Shown here piece by piece: positions 19,773-28,329 of a stretch of 64,000 nt of DNA (positions within the stretch are counted from its first letter, which is position 1; each line of letters begins with the position of its first letter). The DNA lies in IMG/VR virus record IMGVR_UViG_3300007734_000758; one strand, 5' to 3'. The notes beneath the pieces are model-generated. The model worked only from the letters and a program-made list of their open reading frames with translations, searched no databases and had not been told where the DNA came from. Made by a program: the position numbers and the translations under genes. Source of the DNA: a virus.

Positions 19773-20348
19773 TTAAATAATTTCGTCAATAAACTTATAT
19801 CGTAGTGCTTCTTCTGAGGATATATACCAATCTAATTTAGTACGTTTTATCGTATCTAACTGCTTACGTTTTATGGCCGTTTTCGAGATTAAGTAATTAT
19901 CATACTGTGCCATAATTCGAGCAGTCTCTTCTAAATTCTCTTTTAATGTCGATAGCTTTTCCTGTACGGGAGTATCCAAACATTCATGATACATATATGT
20001 TGCTAATGAATGACCGAACCTTTTATGACCAGAAACTAAAATTAATAGTGCCATCGACATAGCATGGCCATAACATATTGTATGTACTGGAGTCTTAGAT
20101 GTTTCAATAACGCCAATCAATCCAAACCCATCATATATAGTACCACCGGGGCTATTGATAATAATACGAATCGGTTTGCGTTCATAACCTACCACAGATT
20201 CTTCAGAAGAATCGTCTTCATCATTTATATCGCATATTGTCTGTATCATATCGGCCACGTTCTCATGGTTCACCTCACCGGATAATATGATCGTTCTGGA
20301 TAAATTATCTTTATCGATACTCTGTTTCTCTTTACGTGCCATAATCAT
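19773..20348 (-). CDS. clpP: ClpP-family protease
   Basis: INSPGG, AMSMA (catalytic Ser), YMYHE (His), YISSEEAL...DEI. Confidence 0.88.
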   Translation of the reverse strand: MIMARKEKQSIDKDNLSRTIILSGEVNHENVADMIQTICDINDEDDSSEESVVGYERKPIRIIINSPGGTIYDGFGLIGVIETSKTPVHTICYGHAMSMALLILVSGHKRFGHSLATYMYHECLDTPVQEKLSTLKENLEETARIMAQYDNYLISKTAIKRKQLDTIKRTKLDWYISSEEALRYKFIDEII

Positions 20349-20740
20349 TCAAATTCTAAATACTCATCAGTTAAATCTTTTAAACGTTGTAGAACATCGT
20401 CAGAAGTGTGGCCATCAAATTTAGGCGCATGTTCTAAATCGATAGCAAAACTGCAATCATCCCACTTGGAATCTGGTAAATGATAAGTAATCTGGTTTCC
20501 TGGAATCGCATTAATTCCTAAAATAAACCAACCATCCCACTCATCACCATCGGAATGTTTTTTGCTTCTCCAAACAATCGGACTAAATAATGATTCGTCA
20601 GCTGAAAACATCTTGCATAAGTTAATGTACAATTCAATTCGATGGTTGTACAGTTCTCCGAAAGTATGATATCCATCTGAAATCAAGTCAGTATTGACTT
20701 TGGATTCCTTTATTGTTTTATTAATCTGATTCGCGTCCAT
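20345..20740 (-). CDS. phage hypothetical protein
   Basis: SDGYHTFGELY, WRSKKH, QITYH, FDGHT; TTG-N20-TATATTAG promoter at 20757-20788. Confidence 0.7.
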   Translation of the reverse strand: MDANQINKTIKESKVNTDLISDGYHTFGELYNHRIELYINLCKMFSADESLFSPIVWRSKKHSDGDEWDGWFILGINAIPGNQITYHLPDSKWDDCSFAIDLEHAPKFDGHTSDDVLQRLKDLTDEYLEFE

Positions 20741-20853
20741 AATATTGATATAGTATCTAATATAGAATAATTAGTTGATACTAACAAGTTGATAAGATCG
20801 GGATGTGAAAAAGAATCATTGCACAAACCTAACAAATGTAACAGTTCAGTCAT
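20710..20853 (-). CDS. small hypothetical protein, 47 aa (not in ORF track)
   Basis: MTELLHLLGLCNDSFSHPDLINLL...; fills the gap and overlaps both neighbours. Confidence 0.4.
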   Translation of the reverse strand: MTELLHLLGLCNDSFSHPDLINLLVSTNYSILDTISILWTRIRLIKQ

Positions 20854-20926
20854 TTAAATTAGTTATAAGTAACCACGCAATTATGATTAAAATCAAAGCA
20901 AAACATACCCAATAGAAAGGCATCAT
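20846..20926 (-). CDS. single-TM micropeptide, 26 aa (not in ORF track)
   Basis: MMPFYWVCFALILIIIAWLLITNLND directly after groES. Confidence 0.35.
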   Translation of the reverse strand: MMPFYWVCFALILIIIAWLLITNLND

Positions 20927-20935
20927 AAGATATTC

Positions 20936-21253
20936 TTAAGCATCATACTCTATGTCAGCGAGGATCATAAGCAATTCCGATTCACGGAACAACAGATATT
21001 CTTCACCATCTACTTTGACTTCCTGCCCGGTCCCGAACGGAATCATTACTTGATCTCCCACTCTAGTAGACATTGGGATCTTTATACCATTCTGTGTATA
21101 TAGTCCTTCACCAACTGCAATAACGGTTGCTAGTTTGACATCAAGGTTATGTACAGTTTCTGGAATGATAATACCACCGAGAGTTTTGTTTTCTTTGTTT
21201 TTAATTTCTTTTACTAGGACTCGGTCACCTAGCGGCATCAGTCGTTTTGTCAT
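20936..21253 (-). CDS. groES: co-chaperonin GroES
   Basis: PLGDRVLVK, TLGGIIIP, VIAVGEG, VGDQV, EEYLLFRESEL. Confidence 0.95.
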   Translation of the reverse strand: MTKRLMPLGDRVLVKEIKNKENKTLGGIIIPETVHNLDVKLATVIAVGEGLYTQNGIKIPMSTRVGDQVMIPFGTGQEVKVDGEEYLLFRESELLMILADIEYDA

Positions 21254-21545
21254 AACTTTCCTCTTTAATTAATTTATGATAGTCTCGTAATTTCGCAGCT
21301 GCTTCATAATCTTCTATCCGTACTGCATATGATTCCATATCGACTAACATCCTATCAAAATCCATGTCAAACTCTTCCTCTAATATGGATTGTATCATTA
21401 GTTTATGAATCAATGAAAGATTCGAAGATGCTAATTCAGGATGATAATTGTATGATTCCAACATGCTGGTAGGAAGCTCAACGCCCGACTGAATTAACTT
21501 AAGTAATATAGCAGCTTTTAATCTACCTACCAAATCATTTTTCAT
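21225..21545 (-). CDS. hypothetical protein with C-terminal UVR (UvrB/UvrC) motif
   Basis: AVRIEDYEAAAKLRD. Confidence 0.7.
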   Translation of the reverse strand: MKNDLVGRLKAAILLKLIQSGVELPTSMLESYNYHPELASSNLSLIHKLMIQSILEEEFDMDFDRMLVDMESYAVRIEDYEAAAKLRDYHKLIKEESYDKTTDAAR

Positions 21546-21556
21546 AACATTGTATT

Positions 21557-21826
21557 TTAGTTTGGAACTTCTTCGGAAGGAAATTCACTTTCTATTCTTA
21601 ATTTGACGTCATTGTTATTTTTGTTTATCTTTTCAATGACATTTCCTAATAGAGTAGCGCCTATTATACTACCGAATACCGCAATGAAATCTGCAGATAA
21701 TGTAGTACCACCACTCAAATCTACAATGCCCGCGGCAAGTAAAAATAGAAATGAAATCAATCCAATAACTCGTTTACTTGAAACGTCATCACTACTTGAT
21801 ACTAATTTTTTAACGAATGCCTTCAT
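21557..21826 (-). CDS. two-TM membrane protein, holin-like
   Basis: SSKR followed by two hydrophobic helices and a charged tail; late motif upstream. Confidence 0.45.
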   Translation of the reverse strand: MKAFVKKLVSSSDDVSSKRVIGLISFLFLLAAGIVDLSGGTTLSADFIAVFGSIIGATLLGNVIEKINKNNNDVKLRIESEFPSEEVPN

Positions 21827-21860
21827 ATCTATAAATATGAATCAATTCGATAACGGTGCT

Positions 21861-22094
21861 TTAATTGTTGGGTGTGATATATACGTCTCCTGTAACACCA
21901 CTTGCTCCTCCGGTAATTAATATAGATGAACCGTCTGTAAAAGTAACTGTGTATCCTTTATATCTACCATTTGACTTGAAACTTTCTATTGTTTTGCCTT
22001 TAAGAGAAGCATTTGGATTATTCATTAAATTATCTTCGTTCAGAATGGTTTGAACTTCTTCCCTTATGATTTGTTGTAGTTCTGATTTTTTCAT
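21861..22094 (-). CDS. small protein with MKKSEL..IIREE leader
   Basis: Shared N-terminal leader; late motif 22109-22116. Confidence 0.65.
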   Translation of the reverse strand: MKKSELQQIIREEVQTILNEDNLMNNPNASLKGKTIESFKSNGRYKGYTVTFTDGSSILITGGASGVTGDVYITPNN

Positions 22095-22119
22095 AGTTTA
22101 TCTTTATTATAAATATGAA

Positions 22120-23355
22120 TCAATTCGATAAAAGTGCTTTAATGGTTGGGTGTGATTGATAGTTGTTTAAATAAAAATCTTCAAACACTAACTTATCCCA
22201 ATTACCCGACCCTGGTTGTAAGCATGATGGTAATGTTATGGTTGGTAATGGATATGGTTCTCTTGTTCGTTTTGGTAATTTAGAAACATATTCCATTCTA
22301 TATTCATAATTAGCAGCATCCATACCAGACTGTTGTAAATGTTCTAAGATTTCCTCTTGTGTAAATTCTCTTCCAATCTGTTCTTTAGCTTGTTCAATAT
22401 GATTTGAATATAAATGTACATCACCCAAGTTTCCAATTAATTCATCAGGAACCATATTAACTTCTTTAGCAATTATCTCCAACAACAATCCATAGGAAGC
22501 GATGTTAAATGGCAAGCCCAGAAAAGTATCTACTGAACGTTGATTCCACATTAAAGAGATTGCTCTGGTTGGAACATTAAGTTGATTAAGTGTTTTTTCA
22601 TTTTCTTCTTTAAAATGCGTTTCAAACAATTTAATATCATCACTAGTATGTTGACTAAGTGACATATATTTACTTTGCCATAATCTAAATCTTTCTTCAA
22701 AACTCAACTCTCTTGTATAAACTTGAAATCCATAATGACATGGTGGAAGAACCATATTATCTAATTCACCAACATTCCAAGCATTAACCATTATACGTCT
22801 TGAATCTGGGTTTGTTTTTAATTCATTAATTAAGCCCAGAATTTGGTCTATAACTGTTTGGTCCATTTCATCATAAATGTTTTCATATGAACCATCTGTT
22901 GATAAATACATTTTCTTTTTAGTCCATCTTCTCCATTGCTTCCCATAGATTGGTCCTAATTCACCCCACTTCTTAGCAAACTCATCATCTGTTTTGATTT
23001 TATTGATGAATTCTTCTTTTGATATATCTCCACAGTCGCACGTATTGGTATGGCCACAATAACACTTTCCATCTCTATTTTGATACGCCTTGTAAGCATC
23101 ACCATCCCAAATGTGACAATCATTATCAACAAGGAATTTGATGTTTGTGTCGCCACGGAGAAACCATATGAGCTCTGTAACTATTCCTTTCCAATACATC
23201 TTCTTTGTAGTGATCAACGGAAACCCTGCACTCATTCTATGTCTTATCTGTCTACCGAATACAGATAGTGTATCACCATTTCTGGTTTGTTTTTTGGTAC
23301 CATTATCAAGAATGTCTTGTAAGAGTGCTTGGTATTGTTTATCTAATGAGTTCAT
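22120..23355 (-). CDS. thyA: thymidylate synthase with insertions
   Basis: TRNG.T.SVFG, ELIWFLRG, LGPIYGKQWR, DSRR, LPPCH, QRSVD, PFNIASY, GDVHLYSNH. Confidence 0.97.
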   Translation of the reverse strand: MNSLDKQYQALLQDILDNGTKKQTRNGDTLSVFGRQIRHRMSAGFPLITTKKMYWKGIVTELIWFLRGDTNIKFLVDNDCHIWDGDAYKAYQNRDGKCYCGHTNTCDCGDISKEEFINKIKTDDEFAKKWGELGPIYGKQWRRWTKKKMYLSTDGSYENIYDEMDQTVIDQILGLINELKTNPDSRRIMVNAWNVGELDNMVLPPCHYGFQVYTRELSFEERFRLWQSKYMSLSQHTSDDIKLFETHFKEENEKTLNQLNVPTRAISLMWNQRSVDTFLGLPFNIASYGLLLEIIAKEVNMVPDELIGNLGDVHLYSNHIEQAKEQIGREFTQEEILEHLQQSGMDAANYEYRMEYVSKLPKRTREPYPLPTITLPSCLQPGSGNWDKLVFEDFYLNNYQSHPTIKALLSN

Positions 23356-23423
23356 TCCGTTATTAATTTTTGTAAGAACTCTTCTTTTGTTAATGGAGTT
23401 CCATCTTCGTGTTTATATTTCAT
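23352..23423 (-). CDS. 23-aa micro-ORF coupled to thyA (not in ORF track)
   Basis: MKYKHEDGTPLTKEEFLQKLITE; ATGA overlap with thyA; GTTG-N20-TACATTTA promoter 4 nt upstream. Confidence 0.5.
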   Translation of the reverse strand: MKYKHEDGTPLTKEEFLQKLITE

Positions 23424-23452
23424 AACTTAAATGTAGGAAATTAATTTGAGAT

Positions 23453-24073
23453 TTACAACACCTTTACATAAATCTCATCACCATCTATTTTAGTGATTTC
23501 CATTCGAGTGTTTCTTGGAAAAATAAACTCTGCTTCACCTTCTGCCATCATCATTGGTAGTGGTGCTTGTGCTGCTTTGTTAAGTGCTCCTGTCAATATC
23601 AACACTGCACCTTTCCCAGTACGTCTTGCAAAATGCTCTGCTGTTGTGTAGTCCTCTGTTGTGGACATGAATGCCTTGTCTATAAAATTTTTAGACCTTG
23701 CTGTAATTATCGTTTGGTATAACTCTTTACCAATACCTCTATATAACTCGCTTCCAGTAAACTTTGGAGCTACCTCTATGTACTGATCTATTAGTGCTGC
23801 CTTTGGTGGTAGTTTGTCTGCTCGTAGAGACTTATTCATCCTACCATACAAGCTTGCTGTGTAGCCTTGTGCAGCTTTGTTTAACTCTTTTGTTTTCTCT
23901 ATCCCCACCTTTTTTACTATGGGTAGTAGTCTGTTTAACTCACGCTTGTAGCCTGGCTTTTGTCTTTCTTCGTTGTGGTACTTATTTTGGACAAGATCAA
24001 AGCGTAACAGCTCTTGTTCTATTTGAGCAACAGTATCATTGGCTCCTTCTAGTAGGTCTTTAAGCTTGATCAT
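23453..24073 (-). CDS. ADP-ribosyltransferase (R-S-E clade; VIP2/Alt-like)
   Basis: YT..LY.RMN..LR, LYRG, FMSTT, EGEAE, FPRNT. Confidence 0.88.
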   Translation of the reverse strand: MIKLKDLLEGANDTVAQIEQELLRFDLVQNKYHNEERQKPGYKRELNRLLPIVKKVGIEKTKELNKAAQGYTASLYGRMNKSLRADKLPPKAALIDQYIEVAPKFTGSELYRGIGKELYQTIITARSKNFIDKAFMSTTEDYTTAEHFARRTGKGAVLILTGALNKAAQAPLPMMMAEGEAEFIFPRNTRMEITKIDGDEIYVKVL

Positions 24074-24078
24074 GTTAC

Positions 24079-24558
24079 TCAGTTTGATTGATAATCAGCT
24101 CCAAGCTTCTGTGCAAGTTTTTCCCAATAACCATCACTCCTATCATCCTCTATGACTAACACTCTTTCGGTTATGGGATTGAACCTTTTTGCTCCAAAGT
24201 CAAACATAGCTTTAATAATATCGCCAGTTACACCTGAATATTTGTTTGCTGTTGCGTTAGCTACGACTAGGTTAAGGGTCTCACCTTCTGCATACAAGTT
24301 GAAAGCAAGGTAGTAATGTCTACGATTACCCTCTCCCCACATTGATGCTGCTGACGGATCATCTTTATCTGTGCTAACATAAATGTAATCTTCTTGATCG
24401 AAATATAATTTTACTTTTGGATATTTTTTTGCAAATATTTGTGTGATTATTGGCTTTACCTCATTAAGTTCAGCTTCTTCCAATTCACCATCAGTTAATT
24501 CTTTAAGTACTTTATTAATTTCTTCTTTAATAATAGTTCTTAATTCTGATTTTTTCAT
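24079..24558 (-). CDS. leader-bearing protein, possible GNAT-like C-terminus
   Basis: MKKSELRTIIKEE leader; KYSGVTGDII...SDGYWEKL loosely resembles GNAT motifs. Confidence 0.5.
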   Translation of the reverse strand: MKKSELRTIIKEEINKVLKELTDGELEEAELNEVKPIITQIFAKKYPKVKLYFDQEDYIYVSTDKDDPSAASMWGEGNRRHYYLAFNLYAEGETLNLVVANATANKYSGVTGDIIKAMFDFGAKRFNPITERVLVIEDDRSDGYWEKLAQKLGADYQSN

Positions 24559-24601
24559 TGGGTGTCCTTTAATAATAAATATGGTGATAAATGGAAAAAC
24601 A

Positions 24602-24733
24602 CTACTTATCTTTAACTTTTTTTAGATAATCTTCGTAAAGTTTGTCATCTGATTTACCACCCCAATTACGCCAACCAGCCCCATAAATCGGGATGGAATA
24701 TGTTTCTTTATCTGAGTTGTTCGTTTCCTTCAT
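24602..24733 (-). CDS. 43-aa hypothetical protein (not in ORF track)
   Basis: MKETNNSDKETYSIPIYGAGWRNWGG...; starts 4 nt after the queE stop; ends in TAG. Confidence 0.45.
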   Translation of the reverse strand: MKETNNSDKETYSIPIYGAGWRNWGGKSDDKLYEDYLKKVKDK

Positions 24734-24736
24734 AAG

Positions 24737-25501
24737 TTATACGCCGGTCTTTTTATTCCAAATAGTTACATGTAACCTATCTGTAAATCTGACACCTTCC
24801 CTGATAGCTAGGTCAGCAGCTAATTCCCTAGTATTGTTTAATTCTTCCTGCGTCTGTCCTTCAGGCATAATTACGATTTTATCTTTTGTAATAAAACCAG
24901 GAGTTATATAATCGTTTTGTATTTCATTCCAATCAGCTTCACTGTTAACCACGAACTTAAAGATAGAATTCGGTAAACTTCCCATATATGCAAGAACAAG
25001 TGGCTTGATCCTAACTTTTTCTTTCATCCCGGAATTGTTTAATTTCGGGCTATTGTTCCACCAATCTACTAATTCTACGAACTCGGTTGTTGGCATAAGA
25101 ACTGCCTCGTTTTCTACCTCAACATACGGTTTAAATCCATATTTATCCTTAAATGCTGTTAAGAAGGCAATACATTCCTTCTCCTGTTTTAATGGAGACC
25201 CACCGGTCAATATCAAATGCTGGCCGGTTTTGAATCTTTCTACTAGTCCGATAGATTCAAACATATCGAAAATCTCATCGAAGGAATATTCATTGCCCTC
25301 AGGCCAAACATCTAACGTGTCACACCACACACATTTCAATGTGCAGCCTTGAAGCCGTATAAATGTAGATATCACACCCGCATGCGGGCCTTCGCCTTGT
25401 ATAGTATCTGAAAACATTTCGGCGATTGCTAATTTATCCGTACCATTTACTTTTTTGGTGAAGGTAGGTTTCTGTTGTATTAATGTTATTGGCATAACCA
25501 T
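24737..25501 (-). CDS. queE: 7-carboxy-7-deazaguanine synthase (radical SAM)
   Basis: EMFSDTIQGEG, FIRLQGCTLKCVWCDT, LTGG.P, SPKL, RLH. Confidence 0.9.
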   Translation of the reverse strand: MVMPITLIQQKPTFTKKVNGTDKLAIAEMFSDTIQGEGPHAGVISTFIRLQGCTLKCVWCDTLDVWPEGNEYSFDEIFDMFESIGLVERFKTGQHLILTGGSPLKQEKECIAFLTAFKDKYGFKPYVEVENEAVLMPTTEFVELVDWWNNSPKLNNSGMKEKVRIKPLVLAYMGSLPNSIFKFVVNSEADWNEIQNDYITPGFITKDKIVIMPEGQTQEELNNTRELAADLAIREGVRFTDRLHVTIWNKKTGV

Positions 25502-25526
25502 TTACTTTTTTAAAAGATAAGAAAAA

Positions 25527-25998
25527 ACCTTAGGGCAAACAAATTTATTGAATACTTAATTTTTTAATCTTATTCTTGGCTACTGGAATTGTTACAACTA
25601 ACAGACCATTTTCTAATTTGGCCGTTGCCCTTGTAACATCATATTTAGCAGAAATTTTGTAGCCTAAGTTAAAAGAACTACGTTTGATACCACGATATAA
25701 CGTTTTTCTGGTATCGGTGTTTGTTTGTTTGTTATAACTGATATGTACACATGCATCCTCTAAGGTTACATCCACATCATCTTTTGTTAAACCAACACAA
25801 GCCACCTCAATTGATAGTGTCTCTTCGGTTTCATAAATGTCTACGGGATGTACTCTAGATACTGTGTTCGTTAATGCACTGAAAGCATTGTCTGTCGTGT
25901 TAAAGAAATCACGAAATAGGATGTCAAAGCTATCCATAAAAACTCCTTTTTTTTAATTGTTACTTGAATCAATTAATCTATTTGTACTGCCCTAAGGT
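25527..25998. repeat. 11-bp perfect inverted repeat flanking hsp20
   Basis: ACCTTAGGGCA 25527-25537 and TGCCCTAAGGT 25988-25998, extendable by ACAAA/TTTGT. Confidence 0.8.
25545..25937 (-). CDS. small heat shock protein (Hsp20)
   Basis: PVDIYE, RGIKRSSF, AKLENGLLVVTIP. Confidence 0.92.
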   Translation of the reverse strand: MDSFDILFRDFFNTTDNAFSALTNTVSRVHPVDIYETEETLSIEVACVGLTKDDVDVTLEDACVHISYNKQTNTDTRKTLYRGIKRSSFNLGYKISAKYDVTRATAKLENGLLVVTIPVAKNKIKKLSIQ

Positions 25999-26036
25999 CT
26001 ATTATAAATATAATGAAACAGTTTGAAAACTACAAA

Positions 26037-26465
26037 TCAAACACCGGTACTTCCATGACCGCCGGTTCCACGTGCAGTCTCTCCCAATGAATCTGTTTCT
26101 ACCAATTCTGTTTGCGGTACTGGCATAATTACCAACTGTGCGGCTTTGTCGCCTATCATATAACGTTTAGAGAAGATGTTATTTATCTTTGTAAATGATA
26201 TCTGAATCTCCCCACGATAATCTGCATCTATAACACCAACAGAGTTTGTTAGGCGTATATCATAATTACGTATACTACTTCTAGGAAACACTAACCCTAC
26301 ATACCCGGGAGGGATTTCTAATGCAATATCCGTACCGTATATTACTTTCTTATCATCGTTTTCAATTATCTTACTTACATACAAGTCAAAACCTGCATCT
26401 GTGGGATGTGCCTTAGATGGCATTACTGCGGCAGCCGCTAAACGTTTTACTTTAATCTGAACCAT
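26037..26465 (-). CDS. dut: trimeric dUTPase
   Basis: AGFDL, PRSS, GVIDADYRGE, AQL, RGTGGHGSTG. Confidence 0.97.
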   Translation of the reverse strand: MVQIKVKRLAAAAVMPSKAHPTDAGFDLYVSKIIENDDKKVIYGTDIALEIPPGYVGLVFPRSSIRNYDIRLTNSVGVIDADYRGEIQISFTKINNIFSKRYMIGDKAAQLVIMPVPQTELVETDSLGETARGTGGHGSTGV

Positions 26466-26480
26466 AACCTAATATAAGAA

Positions 26481-26750
26481 TTATTTTCCTTTTCTCCAAC
26501 CGCCACCGGCTTTCTTATACATTTTAGCTGCCCATGCATTTGCATACGCTGACGGGTAAACATCAAACTTCTTTTTGGCTTGACCCTTATAGTAAGACCA
26601 CTTTGAGGGATCTGTAGGTATATTCTTTTCTAAGAATAAATTTAACCTTTCCGTTAATTTTTTGAGGGTCACCTTATCGTAACCTGAACCATATGGCGCT
26701 GATTTGCCAGTATCGGTATATGTTTTTGGATCTAAATTTTCTTTTTTCAT
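26481..26750 (-). CDS. basic hypothetical protein (DUF5872-like)
   Basis: KKKFDVYPSAYAN..AAK.YKK.GG.W. Confidence 0.6.
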   Translation of the reverse strand: MKKENLDPKTYTDTGKSAPYGSGYDKVTLKKLTERLNLFLEKNIPTDPSKWSYYKGQAKKKFDVYPSAYANAWAAKMYKKAGGGWRKGK

Positions 26751-26759
26751 TTAAATTAT

Positions 26760-27245
26760 TTATTTTAAGGGTCCGCCCATTAACCAAGCGTCACATGTAC
26801 GATCGCCGGCACATTTAAACCAAAACAACTCGCAAAATCCTAAGTTAGCGAGTTCATTTATTTGTTTACCATCATCACCCAAAGCCTTTTCTATCTTTGC
26901 AAGAGTAGTTTTACTTTGATCGAACGCAGCACAATTTTTACACCTACTAGTCTTTGCGTGCTCAACAGTGGTATTCCATAATTGCGCCTTCTGTTCCCAA
27001 AATTCTTCCGACGTAGCCTCGTCCCTAGGATTCAATGGACCGTAACCATATTCTTTTATAGTATGATTTCTATTTAAGGTATTAAGATCCAAATCTTCTA
27101 TCGCATCTTCAGGATTCACTGGTTTGTTACCGATTTCTTTTTCTTTTTCAATAGCAGCTGGAGTAATATACCCAGGAAAATCAGCTAGATTTTTTGATTC
27201 TAAAACAATATCCTTTGCGATATTTTTTAATGAGGTAAGTTTCAT
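26760..27245 (-). CDS. Cys-rich hypothetical protein with leader
   Basis: YGPLNP, RCKNCAAF, GFC, FKC..RTC.AW. Confidence 0.6.
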   Translation of the reverse strand: MKLTSLKNIAKDIVLESKNLADFPGYITPAAIEKEKEIGNKPVNPEDAIEDLDLNTLNRNHTIKEYGYGPLNPRDEATSEEFWEQKAQLWNTTVEHAKTSRCKNCAAFDQSKTTLAKIEKALGDDGKQINELANLGFCELFWFKCAGDRTCDAWLMGGPLK

Positions 27246-27253
27246 ATTAATAA

Positions 27254-27934
27254 TTATATAGTTGGAATTAGTTTGTATGATTGTTCTCCGAACAAAATCA
27301 TCGATCTTGTATCTGCCTGTTTAAATGCATCAATCTTATTTTTTCTTGCAAGATCATTATAACGTACTATGGTAGGAATGCAGGCTAACCATTCACTCGA
27401 GTGCATTATCGATTCTACACATCTCGTAGCCTGCAGCATTTCTTCAATAGAATCATAATCCCATTCAATATGAACAATAGGTTCTACTCGATTGTTGTTA
27501 TAGAAATCTATACATAGATCCAAACCACATTTAAAGTTTACAGATAATATTCTGAATAATTCCGGACGTCGTTGTGCATATGAACTTAATTGCTCTCTAG
27601 CAGCACCTACTATAGTAAACTTAAATACGAAGTGACTATGATCTAATACCAAAGAACTATTATCCTTATTTAACTGCTCGAACCAAGTATACAGCATCGC
27701 ATTTGTACCTGCAGTCTGACCACCATCTTTATACCAAGTATTGTCTTTATTTAATTGTATACCGTTATGTAGGTAGTAGGCCTGTTCTATCTCATTCAAA
27801 TCAAATCCCTCATGGTCAATGTGACAGGCACCGTTAAGTAACAATTCTTCAGCAATATCATCAGGTAATGGATTACATACTACCTGGGTTTCTATTGTCG
27901 GCAATATATTACACTGATAATCGAATGATACCAT
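27254..27934 (-). CDS. hypothetical protein
   Basis: Packed ORF; no family recognised. Confidence 0.6.
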   Translation of the reverse strand: MVSFDYQCNILPTIETQVVCNPLPDDIAEELLLNGACHIDHEGFDLNEIEQAYYLHNGIQLNKDNTWYKDGGQTAGTNAMLYTWFEQLNKDNSSLVLDHSHFVFKFTIVGAAREQLSSYAQRRPELFRILSVNFKCGLDLCIDFYNNNRVEPIVHIEWDYDSIEEMLQATRCVESIMHSSEWLACIPTIVRYNDLARKNKIDAFKQADTRSMILFGEQSYKLIPTI

Positions 27935-28329
27935 TATACCATTATTTTTATCATTTTTATAAAATTCGTTTTACTATCAGAAAAGTCCGGATCCTTATCA
28001 TCGAAGTATTTAGTTTCAAACGTTCCTCCAGTCTTTTCAATCAAACAAACCGTAGCATCAAATTGTTCCAATCCATTGAGCATATATATGATACCAAAGT
28101 AAGCATATTTATCAGTTACTCTCGCCATATAACTAGCATCGGAAATAATTTGACTCATTTGACCTAAATCAGTTAATGGTGCAATAAACACATATTCTTT
28201 GTCTTTTAATCCTAAGTATTTAAACATAGGTTTACAATTGAATTGTGTATAGAATTCATTGAAAAATGGCATTGCCATTACTGAAGGATCTAGATGATCT
28301 TCTTTAAGGATTGATTTTAACTTTATCAT
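27934..28329 (-). CDS. hypothetical protein with MIKLKSILKE leader
   Basis: Shared N-terminal leader. Confidence 0.6.
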   Translation of the reverse strand: MIKLKSILKEDHLDPSVMAMPFFNEFYTQFNCKPMFKYLGLKDKEYVFIAPLTDLGQMSQIISDASYMARVTDKYAYFGIIYMLNGLEQFDATVCLIEKTGGTFETKYFDDKDPDFSDSKTNFIKMIKIMV

